Source: Entomortierella parvispora E1425 (taxonomy: Eukaryota; Fungi; Mortierellomycota). Taken from it: a DNA stretch of 64,000 nt. Position 1 is the first letter of the stretch; each line of letters begins with the position of its first letter. The notes beneath the pieces are model-generated. The model ran no database searches. It saw only the letters and a list, made by a program, of their open reading frames with translations, and was not told the origin of the DNA. The DNA is taken from the NCBI GenBank assembly GCA_020891255.1, contig BQFW01000005.1, positions 1,736,001 through 1,800,000 on the forward strand, written 5' to 3'. Of the stretch, positions 25,006 through 38,006 are shown piece by piece. The position numbers and the translations under genes were made by a program.

Positions 25006-25767
25006 ATGAAATTCCTCTCCTCTTCCGTTGTTCTCTCGCTCTTGGTCAGCATGACCCTCCTCCAGTCGACCTTGGCTAACCCCGTCGCCACCACTGGTGA
25101 GGTTGTCCCTGCCTTCATGGCCGCTGCCCCTGCCAAGGCCCCAGCTCACCCCCACCCCAAGACTGCCCCTCACCACAAGGGTGGCGAGGCCCCCCACCAC
25201 AAGGGAGGCAAGGCTCCCCACCACAAGGGTGGCAAGGCTCCTCACCACAAGGGTGGCAAGCCTGAGCACCCTGGCAAGCCTCACCCCAAGCGCGACTTGG
25301 AGGAGATTGACGTTGAGGCTGCTGCTGCACCTGCCCCCGCCAAGCCCCAGCCCCACCACAACCCCGCTCCTGCCCCCCACAAGCCCGGCAAGCCCGCTCC
25401 CCACAAGCCCGGCAAGCCCGCTCCCCACAAGCCCGGCAAGCCTGCTCCCCACAAGCCTGGCAAGCCTGCTCCTCACCACAAGCCTGGCAAGCCTGCTCCT
25501 CACAAGCCTGGCAAGCCTGCCCCCCACAAGCCCGGCAAGCCTGTTCCTCACAAGCCCGGCCCCAAGCGCTCCTTGCCTGAGGAGTTTGAGGCTGCTGCTG
25601 CCAAGGAGCCCCACCACAAGGGTGGCAAGGCTCCCCACCACAAGGGCGGCAAGGCCCCCCACCACAAGGGTGGCAAGGCCCCCCACCACAAGGGTGGCAA
25701 GGCCCCTCACCACAAGGGTGGCAAGCCCGCTCCTCACCACAAGCCCAGCAAGCCTGAGCACCAGTAA
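25006..25767 (+). CDS. Secreted His/Lys/Pro-rich tandem-repeat precursor with two KR (Kex2-type) sites (KEP-like), 253 aa
   Basis: Hydrophobic signal peptide; repeat blocks (PHHKGG)x4, (HKPG)x8 and (PHHKGG)x5, separated by PKR-DLEEIDVEAAAA and PKR-SLPEEFEAAAA. Strong C/G-ending codon bias, intronless. Confidence 0.9.
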   Translation: MKFLSSSVVLSLLVSMTLLQSTLANPVATTGEVVPAFMAAAPAKAPAHPHPKTAPHHKGGEAPHHKGGKAPHHKGGKAPHHKGGKPEHPGKPHPKRDLEEIDVEAAAAPAPAKPQPHHNPAPAPHKPGKPAPHKPGKPAPHKPGKPAPHKPGKPAPHHKPGKPAPHKPGKPAPHKPGKPVPHKPGPKRSLPEEFEAAAAKEPHHKGGKAPHHKGGKAPHHKGGKAPHHKGGKAPHHKGGKPAPHHKPSKPEHQ

Positions 25768-26855
25768 GCTAGATGTGCAAGCGAACGTGCGCAGAAAGAG
25801 ATAAGGAGCAGCGGGACCGACCAATGCTGGGCATTGGTAGGCAAGGAACTAAGCGTCCAACTGCGGCCAACTTGGCAGGCAAGTAAACCGGCCAACCCGT
25901 TAGCAACAAAGACAAAGACGCGACACACACACGTTCATTGCATGCAGCCACAACAGCAACAAATAAAAAAGAATAGAACAAAAACAAAAGGAAATATGAA
26001 CATGCAACTAGCGTGATTTCAAAGGACACCAAATCACACTGGATCCAGCTGGGCTGGGGATGTCCTCTTCAGGGCCGTTTGGACCCTTTTCGTCCTTTTC
26101 TTTTCTTTTCTTTTCTTCTTCTTCTCTCTCTTGTCCATCCACACATGCATGCATACATGCAGCGGTGCATCCTCCCGTCTGTCTCTCCCTCTGTTCTCTC
26201 TCCTGCACCTGCATCTCTCTGTCTCTCTTTCTCCTCTTTTCATGCAACAACAACAACAACAACAACAGCAACCGACTGACATTCCAGCCCTGACCAACTG
26301 ACTGACCTTAATTGAACTATGCTTCATTCCACCTCCCGCTCATTGCAGCAGCAGCAGCGGTTATGGTCCGTCCTGCTTCTCGTGATTGCGCTGGCTGCTC
26401 CCATGCTGCTGTCCTCCTCGGCACACGCGGTCGACATGGCCGGTATGTCCACATGATTTCACATGGATGATTGAGCACACACACAAACACCCACGCACCC
26501 ACCCCACCAGCCAACCACGGGACCCGTCCCGTCCTGAAGGCTCTCTTATAACCATCCGGTCTCCTGGCCTGTAAAGTCCCTTTTTTGTTTCTCTTCCTTT
26601 GACCTTCTTCTTGTTCTTCTTCTTCTTCTTCATTCACTCCATCCTTCTACTTCAGCACTCGACTCGGACCCTCGGGAGACACCCGCCCTAAACGACCTCG
26701 ACAGAGAGAGCGATCCTTCAACAGGACCCTTTCATGCCCTTGCTGCCGAGACTCATTCTTCTCCCTCTCGATTCTCAACCAATCGACCCCACGACGCTTT
26801 AGCGGTAGACCCCACCGTTCAACAACGCTCACTCGTATACCAGGATCCAGCATCC

Positions 26856-28872
26856 ATGCCCATATCCCCGCCACCTTCCAGGGCCGCCTCGCGTGAGGGT
26901 GGCCAAGAGATGTTTAAGAAGGGCAAAAAGTCGTCGCCCTACCACGACAGAGTCACTTCCACAAAGACCACAGCAGCGGAGGGGTCCTTTCGTTCTCCAG
27001 AGCCGATCGTCTACCAATACACACTGTACTACCCCGGAAATATGCCGCTGGTCATCACGGCTGGACACGGCGGTGCTGTCAATCCAGGCAAAGTCGTGAG
27101 CCGAAGGATGACCCATCACTTTAGGCCCGTCTCTGATTTAAGTCAACTGGATCGACCTTTGACCGTAGAGTCCTTCTCGCGACCGGTGCAAGACTGGGAG
27201 AAATTGCTGCCGGAAGAGACCATGCCTTGGATGCCTCCACGCGACCAGACTAAGGGTGGCAACTTCAAACGGGACTTGAACACGCACGCCATGGCTCTGA
27301 ATCTGGCGAGTGCCGTCTCTTGCCTGGCCAATGGACCGCCTTCCAAGCACGCCACCACTTTGTTTGCCCGAGGCCAGGATGACGACACCCATTCGACTGT
27401 GGACACGAATCCTGCCGACATTCCCCCGCATTGTCAAGAGCAGGGCTCTTGGGGCGACGACGTTTCGGAGTATCCATTCCCGGCGTGGACCACCGCTGCT
27501 GGACTCGCCACCACGGCGACTCCTGCCCCGTCGGCTGGCTCTACCACCAACAACTCTCCTTTGCTGACGGCAAGGTCACAGAAACGTGCGCGTCGCACTC
27601 CTCAGAAACAGTATTATCCGCACGTTATTGTTTTTCGCGTGCATCGGACCCATGTGGATGTGAATCGAAACATCACAGGCGAAAACGCGATTGCCGAGGG
27701 GTCTGTCACCGCAGAAGCTGCCTGGCGTGAATACCATGATCTGATTGACCATGTCCAGTCCATGGTGATAGGCCATCAGCGTGCGCTCCATGTGGACGCT
27801 TTGACCGACGATAATGCGCAGGATCCAGTGGATGATACCCCAGTGGATGTCAGGGATCTCCAGAATCGCCTCGAGCAAAAAGACACGGAGGACTTTGCAC
27901 CTCCTCCCTCCGCTCGTGGACTCTTGCTGGATATTCATGGTAGGGTTCCTGATGCCTGGCTCTTGTCCTAGTTTTCTGTTAGGTAGTCCATCGTATTCAC
28001 CTCTTTTTGTTTTGTTTGAAATAGGGCATGCTCATTCAACCAACTTGATTGAGATTGGTTATCTTTTGGACGGATCCGTTCTAGGCATGAGCGACACCAG
28101 ACTGGATGCCAATGCCAGGAATCTGACCGAGGAAACTAGCATCAGGTCCTTGATCACATATCTTCAGGAGCAGGAAGAGAACGGAACAAGGCGATCTACA
28201 TCTGACTCTAAGAGCCCGTTGTCCACCTCGTCTTCCTCGTCCTTCCCTTCCTCGCCCGAATCGCCCCCACCATCGTCCATGTCCAACGCAGCATCCGGAT
28301 CGGTTCCATTTTCAAAGTGGATCCGAGGAACTCAGGAGTCAATGGGCGGAATGCTTCAAGTTCAAGGATTGAGCAGTGTTCCTAGTCCTCAGAACCCTTC
28401 TCCCTGCAACGAATGCATCTATTTCTTTGGAGGCTATACCATTCAACAACATGGAACTCGGGATCGCGAAGACGCGCTGGATGCGATCCAGCTCGAGTTG
28501 CCAAAGACTGTGCGACTGGTTGAAAAGGAGGAAGGTCGTGAGATGGGCATGCGTATTGGTCGCGCCGTCTTTGAATACATGCGTCGGTACTACGACTTTT
28601 CCCCCGCGGCATTGGCCTCGTCGTCCAAAGGAGGCTTTGCTGGGCCTTTGGATATCTATCAGGATATGACGCCTGAGCAGGTACGAAAGGAGCAGGCTTT
28701 TCTCCACCACAACTACCCACAGCAGCACATCCATCGACACACTTCACCCGCCACGATACCCCCTGCAGTGGCTCAAGAAGACCAGGATGACAACAGTGGT
28801 GACAGTGAGAATGAGCAAAAGGCGAGATCTAGAAGACCAATGCTCTATCGACAGTCGTCTAGTCGTCTTTAA
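26856..28872 (+). CDS. N-formylglutamate amidohydrolase-like (Zn-exopeptidase fold) protein
   Basis: Exons 26856-27939 and 28025-28872. Motifs YYPGNMPLVITAGHGG, RDLNT, HRTHVDVNR, LLDIHGHAH (restored by splicing), EIGYLL, YFFGGYTIQQHG and DAIQLELP, interrupted by low-complexity insertions. Confidence 0.7.
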
Positions 28873-29342
28873 ACGAATTAAAAAAAAAAAGATGTCGTCA
28901 TTTCCCCATTCTTTCTCCAGTGAAAATAGCGCGCCCAGTTTTGATTTTCGTTTTGTTCCTTGTGCAACTGTCTCTTTCCTTGGTACAGCATTGCATCTTG
29001 CTTGTCTATCCTCAGAACGATCGCACACTGGCCATTTCTTTCTTATTCTAGTAAGCAGCAGGGCCAGAGAAATCACATTGAGAACTTGGGTTTTTTTATA
29101 TATGTTGGTTGACAAGTGAAGAAAGAGAAAGGACACAAGATTGTGTAGTACTGTGCTGTAAATGCTGAATGCAAAAGATGAATATGAGATGGTGAGATGG
29201 TATAGGAAGAAGAATATTTTGGGGTGAGGGGAAGGGGGTGTCCCCCTGGTAAGGAAGGAAGGGGGGAGGGGGATCAAAATGGCTCTAGGAAAAAAAAACA
29301 AAAAAGAAACCATGACCTTCCCCATCCCAAGTCCAGCTACTG

Positions 29343-32300
29343 TTACCTCTGCTTGTGCTCGATGGCAGAGTCAGTTTGCTGCAACTGCAGAGTGTAGGTG
29401 CGCATGCGATCCATCTCGGCCTCACCGTTGGCCTCCAATCCCAAGGGCTTCATCAACTTGACCTTGACGAGCTTGTAAACCTCGGCAAAAGCGATAAAGA
29501 TAACAAGGGACAAGGCCACGAGACCCCATTCGTAGGTCATGGCAGAGTGCTTGAAGACGCTGCGGTTCAGACCAGGGATGTAAACCACGGGGAAGACCAG
29601 GAGAGCACCGACGACAATGCTCATCCAGAGCATCCTGTTGTGCTTGAGCGTCCTCAGGTTGGTAGGGGACCAGCCACTCTCTCTGAGCGACCGGCAGTTG
29701 ATGGCATGGGCCAAAATCAACATGGTCATGCAAGCGTAGGCAGTAGCACGAGCACGGAAGACACCCTCGCAATCCTCGGACCACTCGACATTGCAGAGCT
29801 CGCCCAAGTTACCGTTTTGGAATCCAAAGATCACCGTGACAAACGAGGCAAAGGACAAGGCACCCATGGCCAAACCGTACACAAAAGTATCCATGATGAC
29901 CTCGAACGAGAACAGACCCTGCTTGGCGGATCTAGGGGGCTCACGCATGTTGGACTCGTGAGGAGGCTCGAGACCAAGACCCATGGCAGGAGGCGAGGAA
30001 GTAATCATGTTCAGGAACAAAATCTCGACGGCACTCATAGGGAAGACGGCATTTTGAGACTTGTCCTTGAAGGCCAAACCGACGACCAAGACCACAATCT
30101 CGGCCACGTTGGCGGACATGAGATGCTGGACAAACTTTTGAATGTTGGCAAACATACGACGACCCTCGGCAATGGCCTGGACAATCGTAGCAAAGTTGTC
30201 GTCGGTCAAGACGATATCCGAAGCCTGTTTAGCGACATCGGATCCTGACTGACCCATGGCAATACCGACGTTGGCGGCCTTGAGGGACGGAGAATCGTTG
30301 ACACCATCACCCGTCATAGTCGCAAAGAGGTTGCGACGATGGAGGGCGGCAATCATCTTGACCTTTGTGTTGGGGGAGCAGCGGGCCACCACACGAGGGA
30401 GTTCCTCGAGTCTGTCGATCTCATCGTCGTCCATACCATCAAACTGGGCAGCGGTCATGACCAAAGGGTTGTTCTTGATGGAAATATCTTCAGGGATAAT
30501 GGCGCACTCCTTGGCGATCGCAGCGGCAGTCGAAGGGTGATCGCCAGTCAACATGTGAACACGGATACCGGCCTCATAACATTGAAGCACAGCAGGACGG
30601 GACTCGGCACGTGGGGGGTCATAGATACCAACCAGACCAAGGAAGACCATCTCGGTCTCAACCTCATCTCGCACCAATCCATGAACAAGATCAACATCGG
30701 GAACCACAGTGAACTTGCGATAAGCAAGGGTCAAAACACGAAGACCCTTTTCGGCAAGCGAATCCATTTTGCCAAAGACCTTGGTCTCGAATTCAGCACG
30801 GTCGCCGCCCTTCTCGCTTTTTAAACTGTGCTCGACATCACCATCTCTCCAGGCAGAGCAGCATCCGAGGACACGCTCAGTGGCACCCTTCATGAAGATG
30901 TAGTGAGAGGCAGGGGCAGTGGTGGTAGCAGGTGCCTCATAGAGGACTGACATGCGCTTGACAGAGGAATCAAAGGGGAACTCAGAGACCAGACGGTAAC
31001 CTTGCTCGATCAGATCAGGCTTGGCCAAACCGGCCTTGTGGACCAAGACCTGAAGAGCAATCTCGGTGGGGTCGCCCAAGGCGGTCCACTCTCCGTGGGT
31101 CTCAGGATGAAGAGTTCGACGGAGTTCAGCCATGTTGCAGAGCGAGGCGGCCTGAAGTGTACGCAAGAAATGGTTGGATCCGGATCCATTGGGGACCAGG
31201 GTTTCCTCAGATGCGTTGTCTTCATTGTCCAGCTCTCCCTGGCGGTAGATCTCCCCCTCGGGGACGAATCCTGTTCCAGTGATGCGGTAGTAGCCATCGC
31301 CGGGGAACCACATACGGACAGCTACCATCTTTGACTGAGTCAACGTTCCAGTCTATATGACACCAGAGTAATGAATGATTCAAATGGGTGGCGGGGGGGT
31401 TTTTTTTGTCAGGTTTGCATGCTGAAAAAAATAAGGATGTCGATCGTTTCATTTTCTGAATCCGATATTTTACCTTGTCCGAACAAATGTTTGTTACGGC
31501 GCCCAAACTCTCCAGGGAAGACAAGCGACGGACAATGGCCTTGAATTCGGCCATACGACTCACACCAAAGGCCATGGTCAGGGTGACCACGGCGACCAAA
31601 CCCTCGGGGATGATGGCAATAGAGACGGAGATGGCATAGATGGCGACCTCGTTCGAGTAATGGAAAGAGTGGACAGCAAACACGACAATGACCAACAGAA
31701 TGGCGGCCAGGAACACGAACCAAGCCAACTTGTTCAAGCGCTTCTGCAGTGGCGTCTGTTCGTTCGTGTCCACGCTCAAAAGTGAGGTTGCAATCTTGCC
31801 AATCTGGGTTTTCATGGCGGTGTTGGTCACGATACCCTTGGCGCGACCCTTGACGACGGTAGTAGAGGCAAAGACCATGTTGAGACGGTCACCCAAGGCC
31901 TCATCCTCCTTCTCAATCCTGGCCAAAGTCTTTTGGACGGGCAAGGACTCTCCGGTCAACAGGGCCTCGTCGGTCTCGAGGTTGAAGATCTCAAAGAGTC
32001 GGCAATCGGCGCCGATCACATCGCCATCCTCAAAGATCATGATATCACCAGGCACGGCCTGGTTGTTGGGAATCGTCACACGGGTTTCGTCGCGGATGAC
32101 CTGGGCTGTGGGCGAGGACATGTTGCGGAGGGCCTCCATGGTCTGCTCGGCATTAAACTCTTGCCAGAACCCGATGGCGGCGTTCATGATGATAATAAAG
32201 AGAATCACACTCCCCTCGGCAAAATCTTTGGTGGCGTAAGCAAGAACCTGGGGTCATCAAAGGAGGAAGGGTTGTGGGTTGTGGTCAGATCGGAGTCTGC

Positions 32301-32609
32301 TTGCAGGAATAGTAAAGACAGGAAGGAGACAGGTAAAAAAAAAATAGGGATATCATAGAAACTCACAGTGGCGACCAAGAGGACACAGACAAGGACGTTG
32401 GCGATCTGGCGCCAGAGGACCTTGTACCACTTCACGCCGCCGTTGCCCTCGAGCTCGTTGTAGCCATAGGTCTGGAGTCTGTTGGCGGCTTCAGCAGAGG
32501 AGAGACCTTCGAGGATGGAGGAGGAGAAGTGCTGCTCGGTCTGTTCGACAGTGAAGGTGTGGAAGGGCGTCTCTGGATCGAGGTCGACAGCGGTGGCTTT
32601 CTTACCCAT
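29343..32609 (-). CDS. ENA1: P-type IID Na+/K+ efflux ATPase (ENA family)
   Basis: Exons 32609-32367, 32247-31474 and 31352-29343. Motifs LTGES, IPEGL, phosphorylation motif CSDK|TGTLT (split by intron 2), ASLCNMA, MKGATE, DPPRAES, MLTGDH and MTGDGVNDSPSLK; about 10 TM helices. Confidence 0.93.
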
Positions 32610-32742
32610 CACCTTTGTTGGTCTGGAGAAGTGCTGAAGTGTTTGTGAGGGGAGTGTGTTGTGGGGAGAGAGTCTGCGGAGAGAGGAGGCTCTTTTCAAA
32701 GGGAAGGAGGAAAGAAAGAGAGGATGGAAGAGAAGAACGGGC

Positions 32743-32743
<1 letters not shown>

Positions 32744-32779
<36 letters not shown>
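32744..32779. repeat. (AG)18 microsatellite, read as (CT)18 in the ENA1 5' region
   Basis: Pure AG run 135-170 bp upstream of the ENA1 start codon. Confidence 0.93.
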
Positions 32780-32785
<6 letters not shown>

Positions 32786-33353
32786 GGGGAGAGGAGGGTA
32801 GAAAGGCTAAGAAAGAGAAAAGAAGGCGAGGGAGGGCGACGGCGAGGGGTCTTTATACTCTGTGTTCTGTCCAAGAGGACGAGGACGGCACAGGGTGCGT
32901 TCTGTCTTGTCCGTCGCTGTCGCTGTCTCTCCGTGTGTGCGTGTGAATGAATGGATGGATGAATACACGCTCCTTGTCACGGCTCAGCTCCGAACCTTAT
33001 CTTTTTTGACTATTTCGTTTTCTTTTTTTTTTTTTTGCTCTGCCCTGCTCTGCTCTGCTCGCGACCTTCTAGTCTTCCTTCATCATCCATCATCCATCAT
33101 CATCGGCGTTTGTTAGCAATGTCTCACTCCTACGATGCACAGTTCCCTTCCTCTGCACCGTCGGTAACAAAGGGAATGGCAATGCTCGCCCACGCTCGTC
33201 GCCGCCGCGTTGTCATTAGCTATGGTACCATTCTCTCGTGCTCCGCCTTCCTCTCCCTGCCAGTTGCAGGGTCTCAATCCATCGATTCTTGGTTTTACTG
33301 TTTTTTTAATTTTTTTTTATTTTCTTCTTTGTTTGAACCAATTCAATACATAC

Positions 33354-33385
<32 letters not shown>

Positions 33386-36282
33386 GCCTTTTCGGCCCTG
33401 CTGCCTTTCAAGTTTCAAGGCATGTTTCCCTTTCGGCCTCTTTCGCGTCCTTTTGGTTTCTGTTGTCTCGGGGCCTTGACGTAGGGTGAGTGCGCAACGG
33501 GCGGACGATAAAGAGTAAAAAGAAGACAGACGAAACCTCGAAAATGAAACGTACATCCAGGGTTAAGGTCCAAGGAGGAACAAGAGGAAGGAAAAAAAAA
33601 AAAAAGAAAAAAAAGGAGTGCCCCTCTGTCCAACTGACACTTTTCTCTGTTCCCATCAAGAAAAATGCCTCATTTCTGGCTCGTTTTGGCATGTTGCGAC
33701 CGACCCAACCGTTGTTTGCGATGCTTTGATGCAGGTTTTGCACCACATGGCAATTAAGAAGCGGCAGCAGAGCTGTGTTCGTCATGGCCTGGTCCGCTGC
33801 CGCTCAGAGACAGAGGGAAAAAAAGAAGAAAAAAAAACAACAGCACAGGGCTCGATCACATATTGGGCCGCAGGGTCTATGTCTTACAAGTGTTGTCACC
33901 CCGGATTTCATTCTTGACCCTCACTGCTGCTACAACAAGCAGTCGGGGCAGAAGAGAGATGATGGGGTATAACCTGTCTATGCTCAGAGTCACAGGTGGA
34001 AAATAAACACTCTCACTGGCAGTCAATACGATGGCTAGTGGGGGATGGCGGTGCACAATGGTTTTCTTTTTTTCGTTGTCGATGCACGATGTATCGTATC
34101 GCACTTGTCAGCTCCGCAGTAAATGACTCTGAGATACGATGAGGGCACGGATTCTGTTGGGCAGTGTGTATGCTCCGGGTGAAAGGGGAGGCGGGTTGGA
34201 TGTCCAGAGCATGGGGACCGACTGTGGCCATTTTTTTTTTGTAACGTTCCAGACAACCAACAGTGTTGTTATCACATTCACTCTTGTTCAAATGGCTCTG
34301 CGTAAGGTTGTGTGTATGTGTGTGTATGTGTGTAATCGATTTCAATGACCAGTTCTCGTTCTGTTTTTTGAAAGTGCGAAATAGACCACAGAGGAGGGAG
34401 GCCAAAGTACATGGGTGCAGAAAATGGGGACGGCACAGGTCGTGTGGATGAACGTGAATGGTGCAGCCGTGGGCAGGGCCAAGGGCCAAGGTTGTGTTTG
34501 TGTGTGAATCTAGTGCGGAAGTGGTGAACGGCAGACGAGCTGAAAAGGGGGCAGTTAGGCAGGGTGGAAGGGGGATGGCGGGATTTTTTTTCTCCCTTTC
34601 AAAAAAGAAAAAGAGAAGGAAAGAAACGAAAATGAGCACATCATGATCAATCCGAGAATTGAATCGCCAGAAGGGTTGAACAATAAGCCAACAAGTCGGT
34701 AACGAATCAGATCCAGTGGTGCGCAGACACAAGGTTTACACGTACGCCCTCTCCGCCCTCTTGATTTTTTGCGTACGTGTAAACACCTGTTTGAGAGCCA
34801 GCGCCCGTCGTCGCTTGAAAAGTCAACGCTCTGGAGCGCATGGCCCAGCAACAACTAGGGATTGGTCAAGGGTCGGGTCCTCCGTAATGAGTTCAATCTT
34901 CAAGCCCTCCCTCTTGCGTGGGCGAGCGACGATCCACCCGATTCTTCATTCTGGACTTTCCATTCTCGCTGAACTCTCCGAGGATTCGCACAATACCGAG
35001 CGTTCAACAGTCTGCACGTGGAATTCCACTGCATGAGGTATTCTTTTTTCGATGGTGCTGTTGGTTATAGCGTGCCATCTCTTACCGAATTCAACAAAGG
35101 AAATGGGCAACTGGGAGAGGGAAGCATCAGGTCTTGCTTTTGGTGGGACCACGTGCTTCAAGATTCAGAGGTAGTTGCATCCACTGGCCCCCATATTGCT
35201 TGTTGATTGGATTTTTCATTTCCCAACAAAGTGGCCATGTTGCTGGAGACTTTATTGCTATGTGGATGGCTGTTTAGTAAAGCAAAAATTGAGTCGCGCT
35301 CGTTATTGAAAACGATAAACAGTTTCGCCCTTGACTTGTAACTTGCATGGTCTGTGGTTTCATCGACAGACCGGGATAATATTTTTTCGCTTACATTCAG
35401 TGGCATTGATGGTGGAGCTCGCTCCATGGGGCAAGGTGTATTCTGCTTGAGGTCCTATCCATGGGACGACGGCAAGGCCTGATGGGGCGATCCCATTATG
35501 AATCTCGTCATGTATTGGAACCACCAATACAGCAACATCTACATGCATTATGGTGGTCGGGTCAAGATGTTACAGGGTGAATGATGGCATTGAAAAGTGA
35601 AAAGGGCGTAGACAAGATTATCCGCGACCACTGCAATGAGTTGTAAATAATATGTCGGGTGGCGTCGTGGTTCCTCGCCATTTCATCGGCGTCAGCTTGG
35701 CTGTTAGCCTCGGCCATTCTCCAGCATCTCATAGCTTTGGAAGCATCCTCCCTTGGAGTGCCTGTTCTGTTCTGGAACATTTGCGGGTCTTTATCAGCGT
35801 CGCGTACTCCTCCCTTTTACTCTACATGTGGGTCATACAAGAGCTTAGATAAATGTCCAGCCCTGTCAGAATAAAGAAACGAACACCTCTACACACCCAA
35901 TGTTTACCCTATCAACACGTTTAGGCACAAAGCTGTCCCGTCTGACGTTTCAATCGGCAGTGGGAATTGATAGTCCTTGCTCTGTAGTCTTTGATGCAAC
36001 TCGAGGGCTCTTGGCTGGTCCACAGAGACTCCTGGGCGCATCTCCTCTTTCAGTGGCTACTGTAATTGCAGCGGGCGTGAGGGTCGTTCTTGTCAATGAA
36101 CGAGGCTCACATTCACATCGATTTGGTGGCAAATCAGGTGACCCATGGATTTTTTGTTTTTGAACTCAGGGCCTGAAAATTGAAAACTTGAATGTTTCTA
36201 GTTTTGTTTTATTAGGATGCAAGGGAAAAATGACAAACAAAAATGCAAGAGACAGGATCTAACAGAAGGTACTATTTCTGTT

Positions 36283-38006
36283 TTAAGCGGCCATGGAGGC
36301 GTTCTTGGCCTCGGCGGCAGTGGCATTCTTCTTCTCGGCAGCAACCTGGGCCTGAATTTTGTCCAACATCAACTTGACCATATTCTCCATGCCGAATTCC
36401 TCCTTCCAGCCAAAATCCTTTCTTGCCATCGAGTCATCCAAAGTAGCAGGCCAGGAATCGGCAATTGCCTGACGGAAATCAGGGCGAGCCTCATCAGGGT
36501 ATGAGATCGTGAAGTGAGGCAAGTACTTTTGAATCTCCTTGGTCAACTCCTCGGGGGTGAAAGAGACTGCGGCCAAGTTGTAGACACTCTGGGGCAAGGG
36601 AGTGGGGTAGGTCAAGTGCTCAACAGTGCCCTTAATGCAGTCAGACAGGTACATCATGGGCAGACGGGTATCCTTGGACAAAAAGCAATCGTAATGGCCA
36701 TGACGGACGGCATGGTGGAAAATGTCGACAGCGTAATCGGTCGTGCCGCCGCCAGGAGGGGTATCAGCGCTCAAGATGCCGGGGTAGCGAGCAGAGCGGA
36801 AGTCCACGCCGAATTTTTCGCGGTAGTACTCGCCCATTAGCTCGTTGTGGAGTTTGGTGATGCCATAGATGGTGTTGGGACGCATGATGGTCAGGTCTGG
36901 GGTATTGTCTTTGGGGGTTGAAGGACCAAATGCTCCAATGGTCGAAGGGGAGTAAATTCGGAGACGGTGCACCTTGGCCAGCTCGAGCATGTTCTGGAAT
37001 CCAGCCATGTTCACACTCAAGGCCATGGCCATGTTCTTTTCAGCAACGGCCGAGAGCAAAGCTGAGTAATGAACAATCCAGTCTAGGCAATAAGAGGGTC
37101 AACAAGATGATGGGGTGAGTAAATAAACAAAAAAAAAAAGAAAGTTGACAGTGCGCCATTGAAGTGTGGAGATTGAAAAGAGAGGGAAAACCAAACAGCG
37201 TCAGACGAATGGAGAACAGAGGATGGACCGTGGAAAAATTGGAGCAAAAAATTCCCAGGATGACCGTTGCTCTCGTCTGTTTTGGTCCACGTTGTTCATC
37301 CGTTCCTTTCGTTGCTTGCTGTCCCAGTCGCTGTTGCCGATCCTCAAGCACAGGAAAGGGAAAAAAAATCTGTATCTTACCAATGCGCCAGTCGACGACA
37401 ATACGCTCAAGAGCGCTGTAGTTCATGACATCTGCGTAGACAAATGGACCGTTGGCCATGAACTCCTCAGGTGCCTTGCGAATATCCGAGGCAACAACAT
37501 TCTCAGCACCGTACATCGAGCTAAGTGAAGATCAAGCAAAATAAAAAAAAGCTGGTAAGAGACCAATCCATTCCTTCCTTGGTTTCAGAGCATGTCCGGA
37601 TCGCTCTGTTCCGTGCATCAGTGCAGCCTTCATACCGAAGCTCCTTGACAAGACCAGAACCGAGCTGACCCAAAGAACCTAATCAAAAAGCGACAAGGAG
37701 GGTTGTTAGGTTGTTAGATGAGATAACAAGATGAGTCCGAGTGAGTAGACTGAAAGACAAGCCAGGCCTCTTCTTACCAGTGACAAGAACTCGGGGATGA
37801 CGAGTCTTGGTGGATCCATTGTTATTGTAGTGCTGGGGAGGAGGAGGAGGGGACGAAGCCGAGGCAGAGATGGAGAAAAGCCTTGAAGTTGAAGCAGCAG
37901 CGGCAGCGTTCCTGAAACGGGCCTGGAATGGTGTTGTTGTAGAGGCGAGGGGCTGGCGAAGCATCTTGGCTGAGGCCAGGAGGGATGTTGTTGTGCTCCT
38001 AAGCAT
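36283..38006 (-). CDS. TDH: Mitochondrial L-threonine 3-dehydrogenase (extended SDR)
   Basis: Presequence MLRSTTTSLLASAKMLRQ...; Rossmann motif VLVTG|SLGQLG split by an intron; YGAENVVASDI, PSTIGAFGP, catalytic YGITK, and GGGTTDYA. Three introns lie between about 37080 and 37780. Confidence 0.92.

Noticed and set aside
24949-25824. 291-aa minus-strand ORF and 235-aa alternative plus-frame ORF over the His/Lys repeat gene
   Set aside because: These are shadow frames of a codon-biased repeat gene; only the 25006 frame has a signal peptide, start context and TATA box.
25006-28872. Idea that the repeat precursor and the neighbouring amidohydrolase-fold gene form a RiPP (dikaritin-like) cluster
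   Set aside because: No DUF3328/UstYa oxidase, transporter or tailoring genes lie nearby. The repeats lack the aromatic core residues used for cyclisation, and the hydrolase has no signal peptide to meet a secreted substrate.
29355-30824. Long antisense ORFs opposite ENA1 (also opposite GEP3, EFL1, TAF1, TDH and the Cys-rich gene)
   Set aside because: Expected by-product of C/G-ending codon bias on the coding strand; no recognisable motifs.
34600-36130. Patchy short ORFs on both strands suggesting a decayed gene or transposon
   Set aside because: No transposase, RT or other motif, no terminal repeats and no consistent repairable frame could be identified.
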